IMG/VR virus record: IMGVR_UViG_3300032373_001162
Span: 1 to 32,865 of that record
Direction: 5' to 3' (one strand)
DNA: 32,865 bases
DNA from: a virus
Lineage: Duplodnaviria; Caudoviricetes
In this document: positions 1 to 8,531 of the stretch, piece after piece
Position numbering within the stretch: the first letter of the stretch is position 1
How the letters are laid out: each line of letters starts with the position of its first letter
Notes under the pieces: generated by a model
The model's database searches: none
What the model saw: only the letters and a program-made list of their open reading frames with translations
What the model was told of the DNA's origin: nothing
Position numbers and translations under genes: made by a program

Positions 1-1281
1 TCAGGCGGACCTTTGATCGTCGGACAGGTTCCTGGGCGAGGCATCGGCATCATGCACGATCTTCGGGCGGGGCCGAAGCATACTGGCCACGGCATCGACA
101 CCGGCGCGCAGGGGCGAATCCATCAGGTGCGCATAACGCTGGGTCGTCTGCATCTGGCTGTGGCCCAGCAACTTGCCGATCATTTCCAGCGAGGACCCGC
201 CGCTGACCAGCAAGGAGGCGAAGGTATGGCGCAGATCATGGATGCGCACCTCGGGAAGCCTGGCCTCTTTCTGCATGTGGGTCCAGAAGCGGCGGATTTC
301 CTTGACCGGTTGGCCCGGCACATCGCCTGGAAAGAGCCACGGATTGCCCTTTGGCACCACAAGCTGGCGCTGGCGCACAATGGCTGCCACCTCGGCCGAG
401 ATCGGGATACGGTGGATCTTGCGCTGCTTGGTGGTGGTGGCGGGCTTTGACCAGCTGCCCAGCTCCAGATTGAACTGCTCAAACCGCGCTTGCCGCACCT
501 CGCCGACCCGGCTGCCGGTCAGCAGGCACATCCGGATGATTCCCGCCGCGCGCTGATCCTCAGCCCCGTCCAGTGCCTCGGCCAGCCGCGCGATCTCGGC
601 TTGCGACAGGAACCGCTCACGGGCGTTCTCCACCCTTTTCCTGAAGCCCGCCGCCGGATTATCCGTGCGCCAGCCCCAGCTGATGGCCAGCGTGAACATC
701 TTGCGCAGCACCTCGCCCGTCCGGTTGGCGCGGATCGGGGTCGGCTTTGACCCTTGCAGTTTGCGCGCCCGGTTGTTCGGTTTGTCTTTAGAAGGCCGCG
801 CCCGGCCCTTGGCGATGATGTTCAGCAGTTTCGCCACATCATGCGGCGTGATCTCACTGACCAGCTTGTTGCCCCAGTGGGGTGCGACGAGTTTCGTCAA
901 CATTGATCGCTGGTCAGATGCGTTGGTCTTGGCCAGATGCGGCACATGCTCGGCCAGATAGCGGTCGATCATGTCGTTGATCCTTGGGGCCTCGCGCAAT
1001 TCACCCCGCGCGCCAAGGGGATCGTGGCCCGCGTCAATCTCTCGGCGCAGTTCCTTTGCGCGCTCGCGCGCCGCTGTCACCGTCCATTCCGGCCAGCGCC
1101 CGATGGCCATGCGGCGCTGCGCCCCGGCATAGCGATAATCGAGGGCAAACGACCGGTTGCCCGACCGCAGGACGCGGATCGAGAAGCCCCGCACCTCGGT
1201 GTCGAAGATCTGATAGTCACGTCCCTTGGCGGGGATCGCCTCCCGCACTGATTTATCGTTCAATCGTAATCTGTTGACCAA
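1..1281 (-). CDS. int: Tyrosine recombinase/phage integrase with N-terminal arm-binding (DUF4102-like) domain
   Basis: Catalytic motifs GSRVGE, HDLRH, LLGHS, RYAH; arm-domain-like segment RRMAIGRWPEWTVTAARERA. Start placed at TTG 1281 after GAAAGGA rather than the ORF-track start at 1329. Confidence 0.95.
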   Translation of the reverse strand: MVNRLRLNDKSVREAIPAKGRDYQIFDTEVRGFSIRVLRSGNRSFALDYRYAGAQRRMAIGRWPEWTVTAARERAKELRREIDAGHDPLGARGELREAPRINDMIDRYLAEHVPHLAKTNASDQRSMLTKLVAPHWGNKLVSEITPHDVAKLLNIIAKGRARPSKDKPNNRARKLQGSKPTPIRANRTGEVLRKMFTLAISWGWRTDNPAAGFRKRVENARERFLSQAEIARLAEALDGAEDQRAAGIIRMCLLTGSRVGEVRQARFEQFNLELGSWSKPATTTKQRKIHRIPISAEVAAIVRQRQLVVPKGNPWLFPGDVPGQPVKEIRRFWTHMQKEARLPEVRIHDLRHTFASLLVSGGSSLEMIGKLLGHSQMQTTQRYAHLMDSPLRAGVDAVASMLRPRPKIVHDADASPRNLSDDQRSA

Positions 1282-1350
1282 CTCAGCACGTCCTTTCACC
1301 TGTGACACAGGCGTAGATTCGCCCCACAATCAAGCCAATCACACACACCA

Positions 1351-1781
1351 GGGTGGCGGGGAGGCGCAGGGTGGCAGCGGATCGCCGCACCCGTGCCACC
1401 CGTTGTTTTGTTGGGTTTTGCGAAAAATCTGGCAAGCGCGGCCCACGCGGTGGTGGCGTACGATGGGTCGCGCAGCGCGCATTGCCGCCAGATTCACCAG
1501 CGAGTTTTGTAAATTTCCAATGAAATCAGGGGTGGCGCGGTTTCGGCAGAGCGATGCCACCCTGCCACCCAACTGAAATCCCGCGTGTGCTGCTGAGTGT
1601 CGCCTGATGCGTTCTCATGCGGTGCGAACAGGCACAACCGCCCCCGGCGTGGTGTTCGCGGGCACACCTGCACGTCCTGCGCCTGAGCTCTCCGACATCG
1701 CGCCAGACGCGCAATCCCCAATAAAACAAGGGGTGGCACGCAATGCCAATTCCGGTGCCACCCCGCGCCTTCCCGCCACCC
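1351..1781. repeat. Three GGGTGGC-N19-GCCACCC palindromes (1369-1401, 1530-1562, 1731-1763) with extra half-sites; 1351-1422 and 1710-1781 form an imperfect inverted repeat
   Basis: Read directly. Extra half-sites at 1351-1357, 1564-1570 and 1775-1781. The ungapped inverted alignment gives 55/72 identities by hand count. Confidence 0.9.
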
Positions 1782-1847
1782 CTTTGCGTCTGCGTCTTTT
1801 GGATCCGGAAATCAGCCCGCTTCGGGCGATCAACGGGAGACAAGAGC

Positions 1848-2093
1848 ATGCGAGATACCGGAACCTCAGAGCGATCCACGCCAAGTGGCGTGTTGACCGG
1901 CTGGATCAGCCGCCTGGACCTGGCGCTTGAGCTGGATCTGACAGTGGACACGCTGCGCCGCTGGGAGGCGCGACGCTTCGGGCCGCCCTGCGTGCGCGCG
2001 GGTCGTAAGGTGTATTACCGCCGTGACGCGGTGCAGGAATGGCTGCAACAGCAGGAACTGCCCAGCCCCCGGCGCGCGGGAGGTCGGCGATGA
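1848..2093 (+). CDS. Excisionase/AlpA-like winged-HTH protein
   Basis: 81 aa with ISRLDLALELDLTVDTLRRWEARRFGPPCVRAGRKVYYRRDAVQEWL; divergent from the integrase; GGGAG upstream of ATG 1848. Confidence 0.85.
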   Translation: MRDTGTSERSTPSGVLTGWISRLDLALELDLTVDTLRRWEARRFGPPCVRAGRKVYYRRDAVQEWLQQQELPSPRRAGGRR

Positions 2094-2356
2094 AGCAGCG
2101 CCTTTCCGTTCGCAAACACTCTGCGCGGGACGCAGCGCGCACGGGCTGGATCGACGAGCGGCGGCGCGAGGCCCGCGCCGTCGTGGCCGATGTGGTCCAC
2201 CATTCCGATCATCTGATCCGGCTGGCCTGCGATGTGCTCGTTCAACATGGCGAGACGGAACAGGAGCGCAAGGACGCCCGCATCCTGCGGGTGGTGGTCG
2301 ATGCAAGGCATCCCGGGCGGGGCAACCACCGGCCGGATCCGGAGGTGGGGTCATGA
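2090..2356 (+). CDS. Hypothetical phage protein
   Basis: ATGA overlaps with both neighbours; GGAGG upstream. Confidence 0.75.
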   Translation: MKQRLSVRKHSARDAARTGWIDERRREARAVVADVVHHSDHLIRLACDVLVQHGETEQERKDARILRVVVDARHPGRGNHRPDPEVGS

Positions 2357-2748
2357 AGCGGCGCGGCACCCCCGAGGCTGATCTGCAACGCGTGGTGGTG
2401 CAGGCGCTGCGCGTTGCCCTGCCGCGCACGGCCATCATCCATCACTGCGCCAATGAGGTGACAGAGGCTGGCCCCCGCGGGGCAAAGCGCCAGGCGATCC
2501 TCGTCGGTATGGGCGTGCATGCAGGTTTTGCCGACCTGATGGTCCTCTGCGACGGCCGTGTGCTGTTTCTCGAACTGAAAGCCCCGAAAGGACGGCTGCG
2601 CCCGACGCAGGAGGCCTTCCGCGATGCCGTGCTGGCACAGGGCTTTGGGTGGGCGCTGGTGCGCAGTCTCGACGATGCGCTGGGCGCACTGGCGGATCAC
2701 GGGTTCACCACGCGCGTTGCCAGCCCGGTTCGGAGGCCCGCGCCATGA
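2353..2748 (+). CDS. VRR-NUC domain nuclease (PD-(D/E)xK, resolvase-like)
   Basis: EADLQ...GVHAGFADL...FLELKAPKGRLRPTQ pattern; ATGA overlap and GGAGG upstream. Confidence 0.88.
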   Translation: MKRRGTPEADLQRVVVQALRVALPRTAIIHHCANEVTEAGPRGAKRQAILVGMGVHAGFADLMVLCDGRVLFLELKAPKGRLRPTQEAFRDAVLAQGFGWALVRSLDDALGALADHGFTTRVASPVRRPAP

Positions 2749-3770
2749 GCCATGACGCCACCAACTGGGCCATCAAACAGCGCGGATTGAAACCCACCAC
2801 CAAGATCGTGCTCTGGCATCTCTGCGACCGGTTCAATCCGGACTATGGCTGCTTTCCCTCGCAGACGCGGCTGGCGCATGATTGCGAGATCAGCCGCTCC
2901 ACGCTGAACGCACATCTCGGCCAGCTTGAGGCGGCCGGGCTGCTCCGCCGCGTGCCGCGCCTTCACCCCGTCACCAAGCGGCAGATGCCGACCCGCTACA
3001 TTCTGGGGTTCGAGCCGGGCTTTACACCAAATGATCCAACCCCGTGTCCGGAAACCGGACATGGGCTAAACGATGCCGAAGTTCCCTTCACAGAGACCGA
3101 CGATCTGGCGGACGAAACCCCTGCCGCGTCCGAGCCGTGTCTGAATTCCGGACATGGAAAGGGCGCAAAAGCCGTGTCCGATTTTGACCCCGACCCGTGT
3201 CCGGAAAAAGGCCAGAGCCGTGTCCGGAATCCGGACACTAACCTTGTAAGAGAACCTTTAAGGAAACCAGTAAAGGAGGAGGAGGACGCTCAGGCGCGAG
3301 ATTCCGATTTTGATCGGTTCTTTGCTGAGCTGCTCTTGGCGCTGGGCTTTGCCGCCAATGCCAGCCTGCCCGCCTGGTGGCAGGGCTGGCCAGCGCGGCA
3401 GCACGTTCGTCGCTGGCGTGATGAGCTCGGGCTCTCTGAGGACCGGATCATCGAGGTCGCCACCGAGACCCGGCGTGATCACCCCAACCCGCCCGATGGG
3501 CCCAAAGCGCTGGATCGGTTCATGGAACGCGCCGCCCAGCGCGATGCCCAAGAGGTTGCCGCAAGTGGCAGCGCCCTGAAAGCCAAGCGCAGCCGCAAGG
3601 CGCAAGGAAAGCCACCGCCCAGCCCGGATGAGCTGGCGGCGTTCTATGCGGCCAAGGTCAATTCCGAAGAATATCTGCCCCCCAGCATGATCAGCAACGC
3701 CATGTGCGAGGCAATGCTTGCCCGCAGGCTGGTGACAGCGGACAGGCTGCGGCTGCGGGGAGTGTGGTGA
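2745..3770 (+). CDS. Phage replication initiator-like protein with N-terminal HTH (HTH_36-like)
   Basis: KIVLWHLCDRFNPDYGCFPSQTRLAHDCEISRSTLNAHLGQLEAAGLL; low-complexity linker carrying DNA repeats; ATGA overlap with the upstream gene. Confidence 0.8.
   Translation: MSHDATNWAIKQRGLKPTTKIVLWHLCDRFNPDYGCFPSQTRLAHDCEISRSTLNAHLGQLEAAGLLRRVPRLHPVTKRQMPTRYILGFEPGFTPNDPTPCPETGHGLNDAEVPFTETDDLADETPAASEPCLNSGHGKGAKAVSDFDPDPCPEKGQSRVRNPDTNLVREPLRKPVKEEEDAQARDSDFDRFFAELLLALGFAANASLPAWWQGWPARQHVRRWRDELGLSEDRIIEVATETRRDHPNPPDGPKALDRFMERAAQRDAQEVAASGSALKAKRSRKAQGKPPPSPDELAAFYAAKVNSEEYLPPSMISNAMCEAMLARRLVTADRLRLRGVW
3042..3237. repeat. Iteron-like repeats (CCGTGTCCGGAAWCCGGACA), putative phage origin
   Basis: Full copies at 3042-3061, 3135-3154 (variant) and 3218-3237; partial copies from 3172 and 3195; core TGTCCGG-N3-CCGGACA is palindromic. 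Confidence 0.75.
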
Positions 3771-4723
3771 ATGGCATGGTGTCACGTCCCCGGCACGGAT
3801 TGTCCCTCTGCGCGGGCGGCGGAGGCCTTGATCTGGGCCTCATGCTCGCCGAGCCCGGCTATCACACCCGCGCCTTTGTCGAATGGGAGGATTGGCCCCG
3901 TACCGTCCTCATCGCCGCCCAGCGCGCGGGATATTTCGCCCCGGCCCCGATCTGGAATGATCTGCGCAGTTTCGATGCCCGTCCCTTCCGCGGTGCCTTC
4001 GATACCGTCCTTGCCGGATATCCCTGCCAGCCCTTCAGCGCGGCCGGAAAACGCGGTGGTGCGGACGATCCCCGCCACCTCTGGCCAGACGTCGCCCGTG
4101 TCATCGCCGAGTGTCACCCGGAATGGGTCTTCCTCGAAAACGTACCCGGTCACGTCAGCCTTGGCCTTGAAACCGTGCTGCGAGCACTTTGGGGCATGGG
4201 CTACACGCCTGCGGCAAGCCTGTTCAGCGCGGCAGAAGTCGGTGCGCCGCACCAGCGGATGCGCATCTTCATCCTGGCCCACACCGGCGGCCCAGAACTG
4301 GAAAGGCAGCAGCCCGGCCAGCATCACGCGGGCCGATGGCAAGTCCCGGATGGATCTCCTGCATTACCGGGCCGAGCAGGGCTTCATCCGCCCGGACCGG
4401 GCGAACATGCCGCATGGGCAGCGATCCTCGCTGCACGCCCCGATCTCGCGCCCGCTCTGGGCTTCAATGATTGCCTCGCATGGGCGCGTCGTCTCGCGGC
4501 GGATCCTGAAAGCCCGGGCACGGCGGCGGCTAAACCCTATCTTCGTCGGATGGCTGGTGGGCTGGCCCATAGGGCACGCGCTCTGCAACTGCTCGGCAAC
4601 GGAGTTCATCCATTGGCAGCGGCACATGCGTGGCGCTCTCTCGCAGCTGCCCATGGCCTCGGGCCCGTGGATCTGGTGGCCAGCGGAGGGGGCGGAACGC
4701 CCAGCGCAGTTGAACCTGTTTGA
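3767..4723 (+). CDS. C5-cytosine DNA methyltransferase, catalytic (alpha-like) chain
   Basis: Motif I SLCAGGGG, IV AGYPCQPFS, VI FLENVPG, VIII HQRMRIFILA, X LQLLGNGVHP; no recognisable motif IX in this frame. GTG 3767 overlaps the upstream stop (GTGA). Confidence 0.9.
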   Translation: MNGMVSRPRHGLSLCAGGGGLDLGLMLAEPGYHTRAFVEWEDWPRTVLIAAQRAGYFAPAPIWNDLRSFDARPFRGAFDTVLAGYPCQPFSAAGKRGGADDPRHLWPDVARVIAECHPEWVFLENVPGHVSLGLETVLRALWGMGYTPAASLFSAAEVGAPHQRMRIFILAHTGGPELERQQPGQHHAGRWQVPDGSPALPGRAGLHPPGPGEHAAWAAILAARPDLAPALGFNDCLAWARRLAADPESPGTAAAKPYLRRMAGGLAHRARALQLLGNGVHPLAAAHAWRSLAAAHGLGPVDLVASGGGGTPSAVEPV

Positions 4724-4739
4724 AGGATTGCAGACATGA
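3771..4739 (+). CDS. Overlapping +1-frame ORF, putative beta chain of the C5 methyltransferase (TRD-like segment plus motif IX)
   Basis: 322 open codons; WPTPAAQNWKGS at 4275 and RLNPIFVGWLVGWPIGH near 4530; starts right after the replication-gene stop and its stop overlaps the next ATG. True start could be internal. Confidence 0.7.
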   Translation: MAWCHVPGTDCPSARAAEALIWASCSPSPAITPAPLSNGRIGPVPSSSPPSARDISPRPRSGMICAVSMPVPSAVPSIPSLPDIPASPSARPENAVVRTIPATSGQTSPVSSPSVTRNGSSSKTYPVTSALALKPCCEHFGAWATRLRQACSARQKSVRRTSGCASSSWPTPAAQNWKGSSPASITRADGKSRMDLLHYRAEQGFIRPDRANMPHGQRSSLHAPISRPLWASMIASHGRVVSRRILKARARRRLNPIFVGWLVGWPIGHALCNCSATEFIHWQRHMRGALSQLPMASGPWIWWPAEGAERPAQLNLFEGLQT

Positions 4740-5410
4740 GCATGCAGGGCAGGATCGGCCGCGTCGATGCAAAGGTGAAACGCGCGCTGGGCGTACAGGC
4801 GGCGCTGGAATGGGCATTCCGGGTGGAAAAGGCGCAGCTGGAACTGCCCCCGCCAAAGGATGTGGTCGAGGAAGGCTATGGCTTCGGGCTGGAGTACGTC
4901 CTGATGCAGCGCGCCGCGCTGGGCTGCAAAGTGGACGGTGGGCAGCACAAAATGGGCAGTTACACCCATGCGGACGCCGAGGTAATAGCGGCCACCGTTG
5001 CCGGAATGCCAAACAGCCTCGGTGGCATCCGCATGGCGATCCGCGTCGCCGAACTGGCGCGCGCTGGGATGACGCCCGACTGGATGCCCGGAGTTGTTCC
5101 ACGTTGTGTTCCGGTGGAAACGCGGCAAAATCAGCATGGTGTTCGGGCCGTGACGGAAGTTGTGGGCACCGAACGCGTGCTGACCCGGGGCAAATGGCGG
5201 ACAGTGGAGGTGCTGGCCTGTCCAGTCACCTGGCGGCCGCATCCTGAACAAATCGCATCTGCACAGCGCGGTTATGAGGATTGGTGGCAGGCACTGAAAT
5301 GGGTGCGCGATGGGTTGATGGCGGGGCGGATGTTACGAGATGTTGAGATGACGGCGGCGATGCCGAAGGTGCAGCCTTGGGCTGCACGCACGCGAGTCTT
5401 TAGAAGATGA
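4736..5410 (+). CDS. Conserved phage hypothetical protein (position of a late-gene regulator)
   Basis: 224 aa, protein-like, last gene of the coupled early operon; function inferred from position only. Confidence 0.75.
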   Translation: MSMQGRIGRVDAKVKRALGVQAALEWAFRVEKAQLELPPPKDVVEEGYGFGLEYVLMQRAALGCKVDGGQHKMGSYTHADAEVIAATVAGMPNSLGGIRMAIRVAELARAGMTPDWMPGVVPRCVPVETRQNQHGVRAVTEVVGTERVLTRGKWRTVEVLACPVTWRPHPEQIASAQRGYEDWWQALKWVRDGLMAGRMLRDVEMTAAMPKVQPWAARTRVFRR

Positions 5411-5458
5411 AGATATCCCAGCCCATTGGGGAAACCTGATCTTCAGCACAGCAGATTA

Positions 5459-8400
5459 TCAGTGACGTTTTCCTGTTCGAATGCGCTCATAAAGATCGCG
5501 CGCAAGCCCCTTATGTACGGCTGCTCTAAACGGCTGGTCGCTCATCACCTTGGAGAAAACCTCTTCATTGCCATCCATTCGATCAATGAACAGCTCGTCC
5601 AGCATTCGCTCCAAGTAAGATGCGAAATTGTCGAACTTGTTAGCGAGTGCCGCTTCGACAATCCGATCATCACCTGCGGCGCTCTCCCTGATTTGTTCAA
5701 AGAACAGCTGGTCTGCCCTGTTAAAACTGGTCCCAAAGCGCTCATTCAGGCGCTCTACAAGGTCTTTCAGGCCAACTTCCTCATCCTTGCGACCAGCGGT
5801 ACCTATATCAGTTGGGCCTTTTAACGGGTCCGCGTCACCATCGGAGAGGTCGATGGACCCTTGGGTCATTTGCTGAATACGGAAGTACTTTAGCGCAACT
5901 TCGTCATCGAGGGTGAAAGAAGAACCATCACCTGGCGGGGGCAGTTTGGAGATCAAGTTGCGGCAAAACGTATAGAACTGCTCTAGCTCACTGTCCTGAT
6001 AGGGAATGATCTGGGAAAGGAATGCGTATAGATTTCGGAAAGCGGTGATCTGTCCACGAAACTCCTCTCGTTCCTCCTCCTCGCGTCCCTGAAATACCGA
6101 AACGGCTTTGTCCAGAACGGCATTCATGGTGCGATGATCCGTGGCAGAGTGGTCTTTCCGCTTTCCGTACCAGACTGCCGCGAATGCGCTGACATCATCC
6201 GGCGTAAAGATCGCCCAAGCCAAGAGGCGGTGCTGCAGTTCGTTCAGCCGTTGGGGGTCTGCGTTTTCCCCCACTGGTGTTGCTTCAAAGTACAGCTTGA
6301 ATGCCTTGAAGATGTCACCCTCTTCGTTAACAAAATCTAGAATAAAGGTACGTGATTTGCCCGGCGCCATGCGGTTCAAACGAGAAAGAGTTTGGACGGC
6401 TTGGACCCCTGCAAGCCGTTTAACAACGTACATCGTTTGCAACAGGGGTTGATCGAACCCAGTCTGATACTTGTCCGCGACCAACAAAACCCGGAAATCG
6501 TCGCTATCGAAGGTTTCCGGCAATTCTGCCTCAGGTAGCCCGTTGTTCATCCCGACTTCGGTATATGCGCTTTCGGGATAGGCAGGGTCTTCGACCGTTC
6601 CCGAGAACGCCACAAGCGACCGGATGCCGGTATAGCCCCTATCTGAAATGTAGCTGTCGAATGCGACTTTGTAGCGGACGGCTTCAAGGCGCGAACCCGT
6701 GACAACCATTGCCTTTGCCCGCCCTCCGATCTCGTGCATTACGTTGGCGCGAAAGTGCTCAACAATGATCGTCACCACCTGCTCTATATTGTGCGGATGC
6801 AAAGTCAAGAATTGGGTGAGCGTCTTCGCGGCAGCCCGTTTCGGAACTTGAGGATCGTTTTCGATCTGCTTCACCAAGCCGAAGAAACGCTTGAAGGTCG
6901 TATAATTTTTTAGGATGTCCATGATGAAGCCTTCCTCAATGGCCTGCTTCATTGTGTATTCATGAAATGGCGACTGGCCATCCGGGCCGGGTTCATCGAA
7001 CATGGCCTTGGTCTTGAACTTCGGCGTGGCAGTAAACGCAAAGAAACTGAGGTTCGGTTGGCGCCCCCGCCGCAGCGTCTCCCGCAAGATTTCCCGCTTC
7101 GCCTCCTCGGTCAGGCTGTCATCCTCGATGTCCGACAGTTGCCCGGCAATGGCAGCCTCTATGCCGTCCTTGTTCAACATCCCGCGCAGGGCTGTCGCGG
7201 TTTCGCCTGTTTGTGACGAATGCGCTTCGTCCACGATCACCGCATAGCACTTGCCCGCTGTCTGGACGGAAAGGCCCTCGCCTTTTTCTTCCAGCTTCCG
7301 CAAAGCCTGCGCGATGAATGGGAACTTCTGGATCGTGGAAATGATGATCGGCACACCGCTTGTAATCGCCCGTGCAAGCTGCTGCGTGTTTTCGTCGATC
7401 TTCTCGACAACTCCGGTTTTGTGCTCGAACTGATAAATGGTGTTCTGAAGCTGCTGATCCAGCACCAGACGATCCGTTACCACGATGACCGAGTGGAAAA
7501 TCTTAGCGTCTGTTTCATCGTGCAAACCCGCCAAACGATGCGCGAGCCACGCGATACTGTTCGACTTGCCGGAACCTGCCGAATGCTGGATCAGGTAATT
7601 CCGTCCTGCCCCATTTTCATGCGCGTGGCTAACAAGTTTCCGCACTGCGTCAAGCTGGTGATACCTGGGGAAGATCATCGCCTCTTTTCGGATCGTCTTT
7701 GCACCGCGATCCGTGGCGACCTTCCTTTCCTTCACTTCGAGGTGCATGAAGCGTTGCAGGATATCCAAGAGGCTGTCGCCCGAAAGAACCTCGTCCCAAA
7801 GGTAGGCGGTCTTCCAATCGCCCTCCACCGGCGGGTTGCCGGCGCCACGGTTGACCCCCCGGTTAAACGGCAGGAAAAACGTTTCGCCCCCTTTCAGTCG
7901 CGTGGTCATCCAGGCTTCGTCCGGATCCACCGCGAAATGAACCAACGCGCGTTCCTTGAATTTGAACATCAGATCGCGCTCGTCGCGGTCGCGCATGTAT
8001 TGCTTCTTGGCGTCCTCGGCTCGCTGCCCGGTCAGGGGATTCTTCAACTCGGCGGTGACGACAGGCAGGCCGTTCACCGCCAGCGTCACATCAAGGATGC
8101 AGCGGCGGTTGCCGCCCCCCGGCTTCTTCATCACCGAGGTGAAGGCGACCTGTCGCGTGATCGTAAGCCGGTTCTTGGCATAAAGCGCCGCCGTTTCGGG
8201 GTTGATCGTGGTGTTTGGGCGGAAATAGGCAAGCCTCAGCGTCTTGCCGTAGCAGCGGAACCCGTGGCGAAGAACGTGCAGCGTGCCCTTGGTGGCCAGT
8301 TCCTTGGTCAGGTCGGCCAGAACCTGTGCTTCGGTTTGCGCCTTGAGCAGGGCTTCCAACTGATCCCATTTCTGGGCTTGGGTGTCTTTCAGGAACCCGA

Positions 8401-8527
8401 TCACATCGGCGGGGAAAAGGCACAGGTCTTCGTTGAAATCGGACGCGACCCGCTTGGCGTATTTACCGCGCGAGGTCAGACCGTGTTCAATTGCTATTTC
8501 AAAAGCGGTTTCGCTGTGCCCTGCCAT
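5459..8527 (-). CDS. hsdR: Type I restriction enzyme R subunit
   Basis: Nuclease motif DVTLAVNGLPVVTAELKN; helicase motifs QHSAGSGKS, IVDEAH, FTATP, TGFDQP, QTLSRLNR. ATG 8527 lies 4 nt after the TIR gene stop. Confidence 0.95.
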   Translation of the reverse strand: MAGHSETAFEIAIEHGLTSRGKYAKRVASDFNEDLCLFPADVIGFLKDTQAQKWDQLEALLKAQTEAQVLADLTKELATKGTLHVLRHGFRCYGKTLRLAYFRPNTTINPETAALYAKNRLTITRQVAFTSVMKKPGGGNRRCILDVTLAVNGLPVVTAELKNPLTGQRAEDAKKQYMRDRDERDLMFKFKERALVHFAVDPDEAWMTTRLKGGETFFLPFNRGVNRGAGNPPVEGDWKTAYLWDEVLSGDSLLDILQRFMHLEVKERKVATDRGAKTIRKEAMIFPRYHQLDAVRKLVSHAHENGAGRNYLIQHSAGSGKSNSIAWLAHRLAGLHDETDAKIFHSVIVVTDRLVLDQQLQNTIYQFEHKTGVVEKIDENTQQLARAITSGVPIIISTIQKFPFIAQALRKLEEKGEGLSVQTAGKCYAVIVDEAHSSQTGETATALRGMLNKDGIEAAIAGQLSDIEDDSLTEEAKREILRETLRRGRQPNLSFFAFTATPKFKTKAMFDEPGPDGQSPFHEYTMKQAIEEGFIMDILKNYTTFKRFFGLVKQIENDPQVPKRAAAKTLTQFLTLHPHNIEQVVTIIVEHFRANVMHEIGGRAKAMVVTGSRLEAVRYKVAFDSYISDRGYTGIRSLVAFSGTVEDPAYPESAYTEVGMNNGLPEAELPETFDSDDFRVLLVADKYQTGFDQPLLQTMYVVKRLAGVQAVQTLSRLNRMAPGKSRTFILDFVNEEGDIFKAFKLYFEATPVGENADPQRLNELQHRLLAWAIFTPDDVSAFAAVWYGKRKDHSATDHRTMNAVLDKAVSVFQGREEEEREEFRGQITAFRNLYAFLSQIIPYQDSELEQFYTFCRNLISKLPPPGDGSSFTLDDEVALKYFRIQQMTQGSIDLSDGDADPLKGPTDIGTAGRKDEEVGLKDLVERLNERFGTSFNRADQLFFEQIRESAAGDDRIVEAALANKFDNFASYLERMLDELFIDRMDGNEEVFSKVMSDQPFRAAVHKGLARDLYERIRTGKRH

Positions 8528-8531
8528 GGTG

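Noticed and set aside
1-60. attL site or tRNA target
   Set aside because: The window begins at the integrase stop codon; no tRNA or att core is visible.
1351-1781. CRISPR array or IS/MITE reading of the repeats
   Set aside because: Spacing is irregular, orientations are mixed, and there are no cas or transposase genes or target duplication.
1339-1951. Several short ORFs across the int-xis intergenic region as a possible repressor
   Set aside because: No HTH pattern; translations simply reflect the GGGTGGC repeats.
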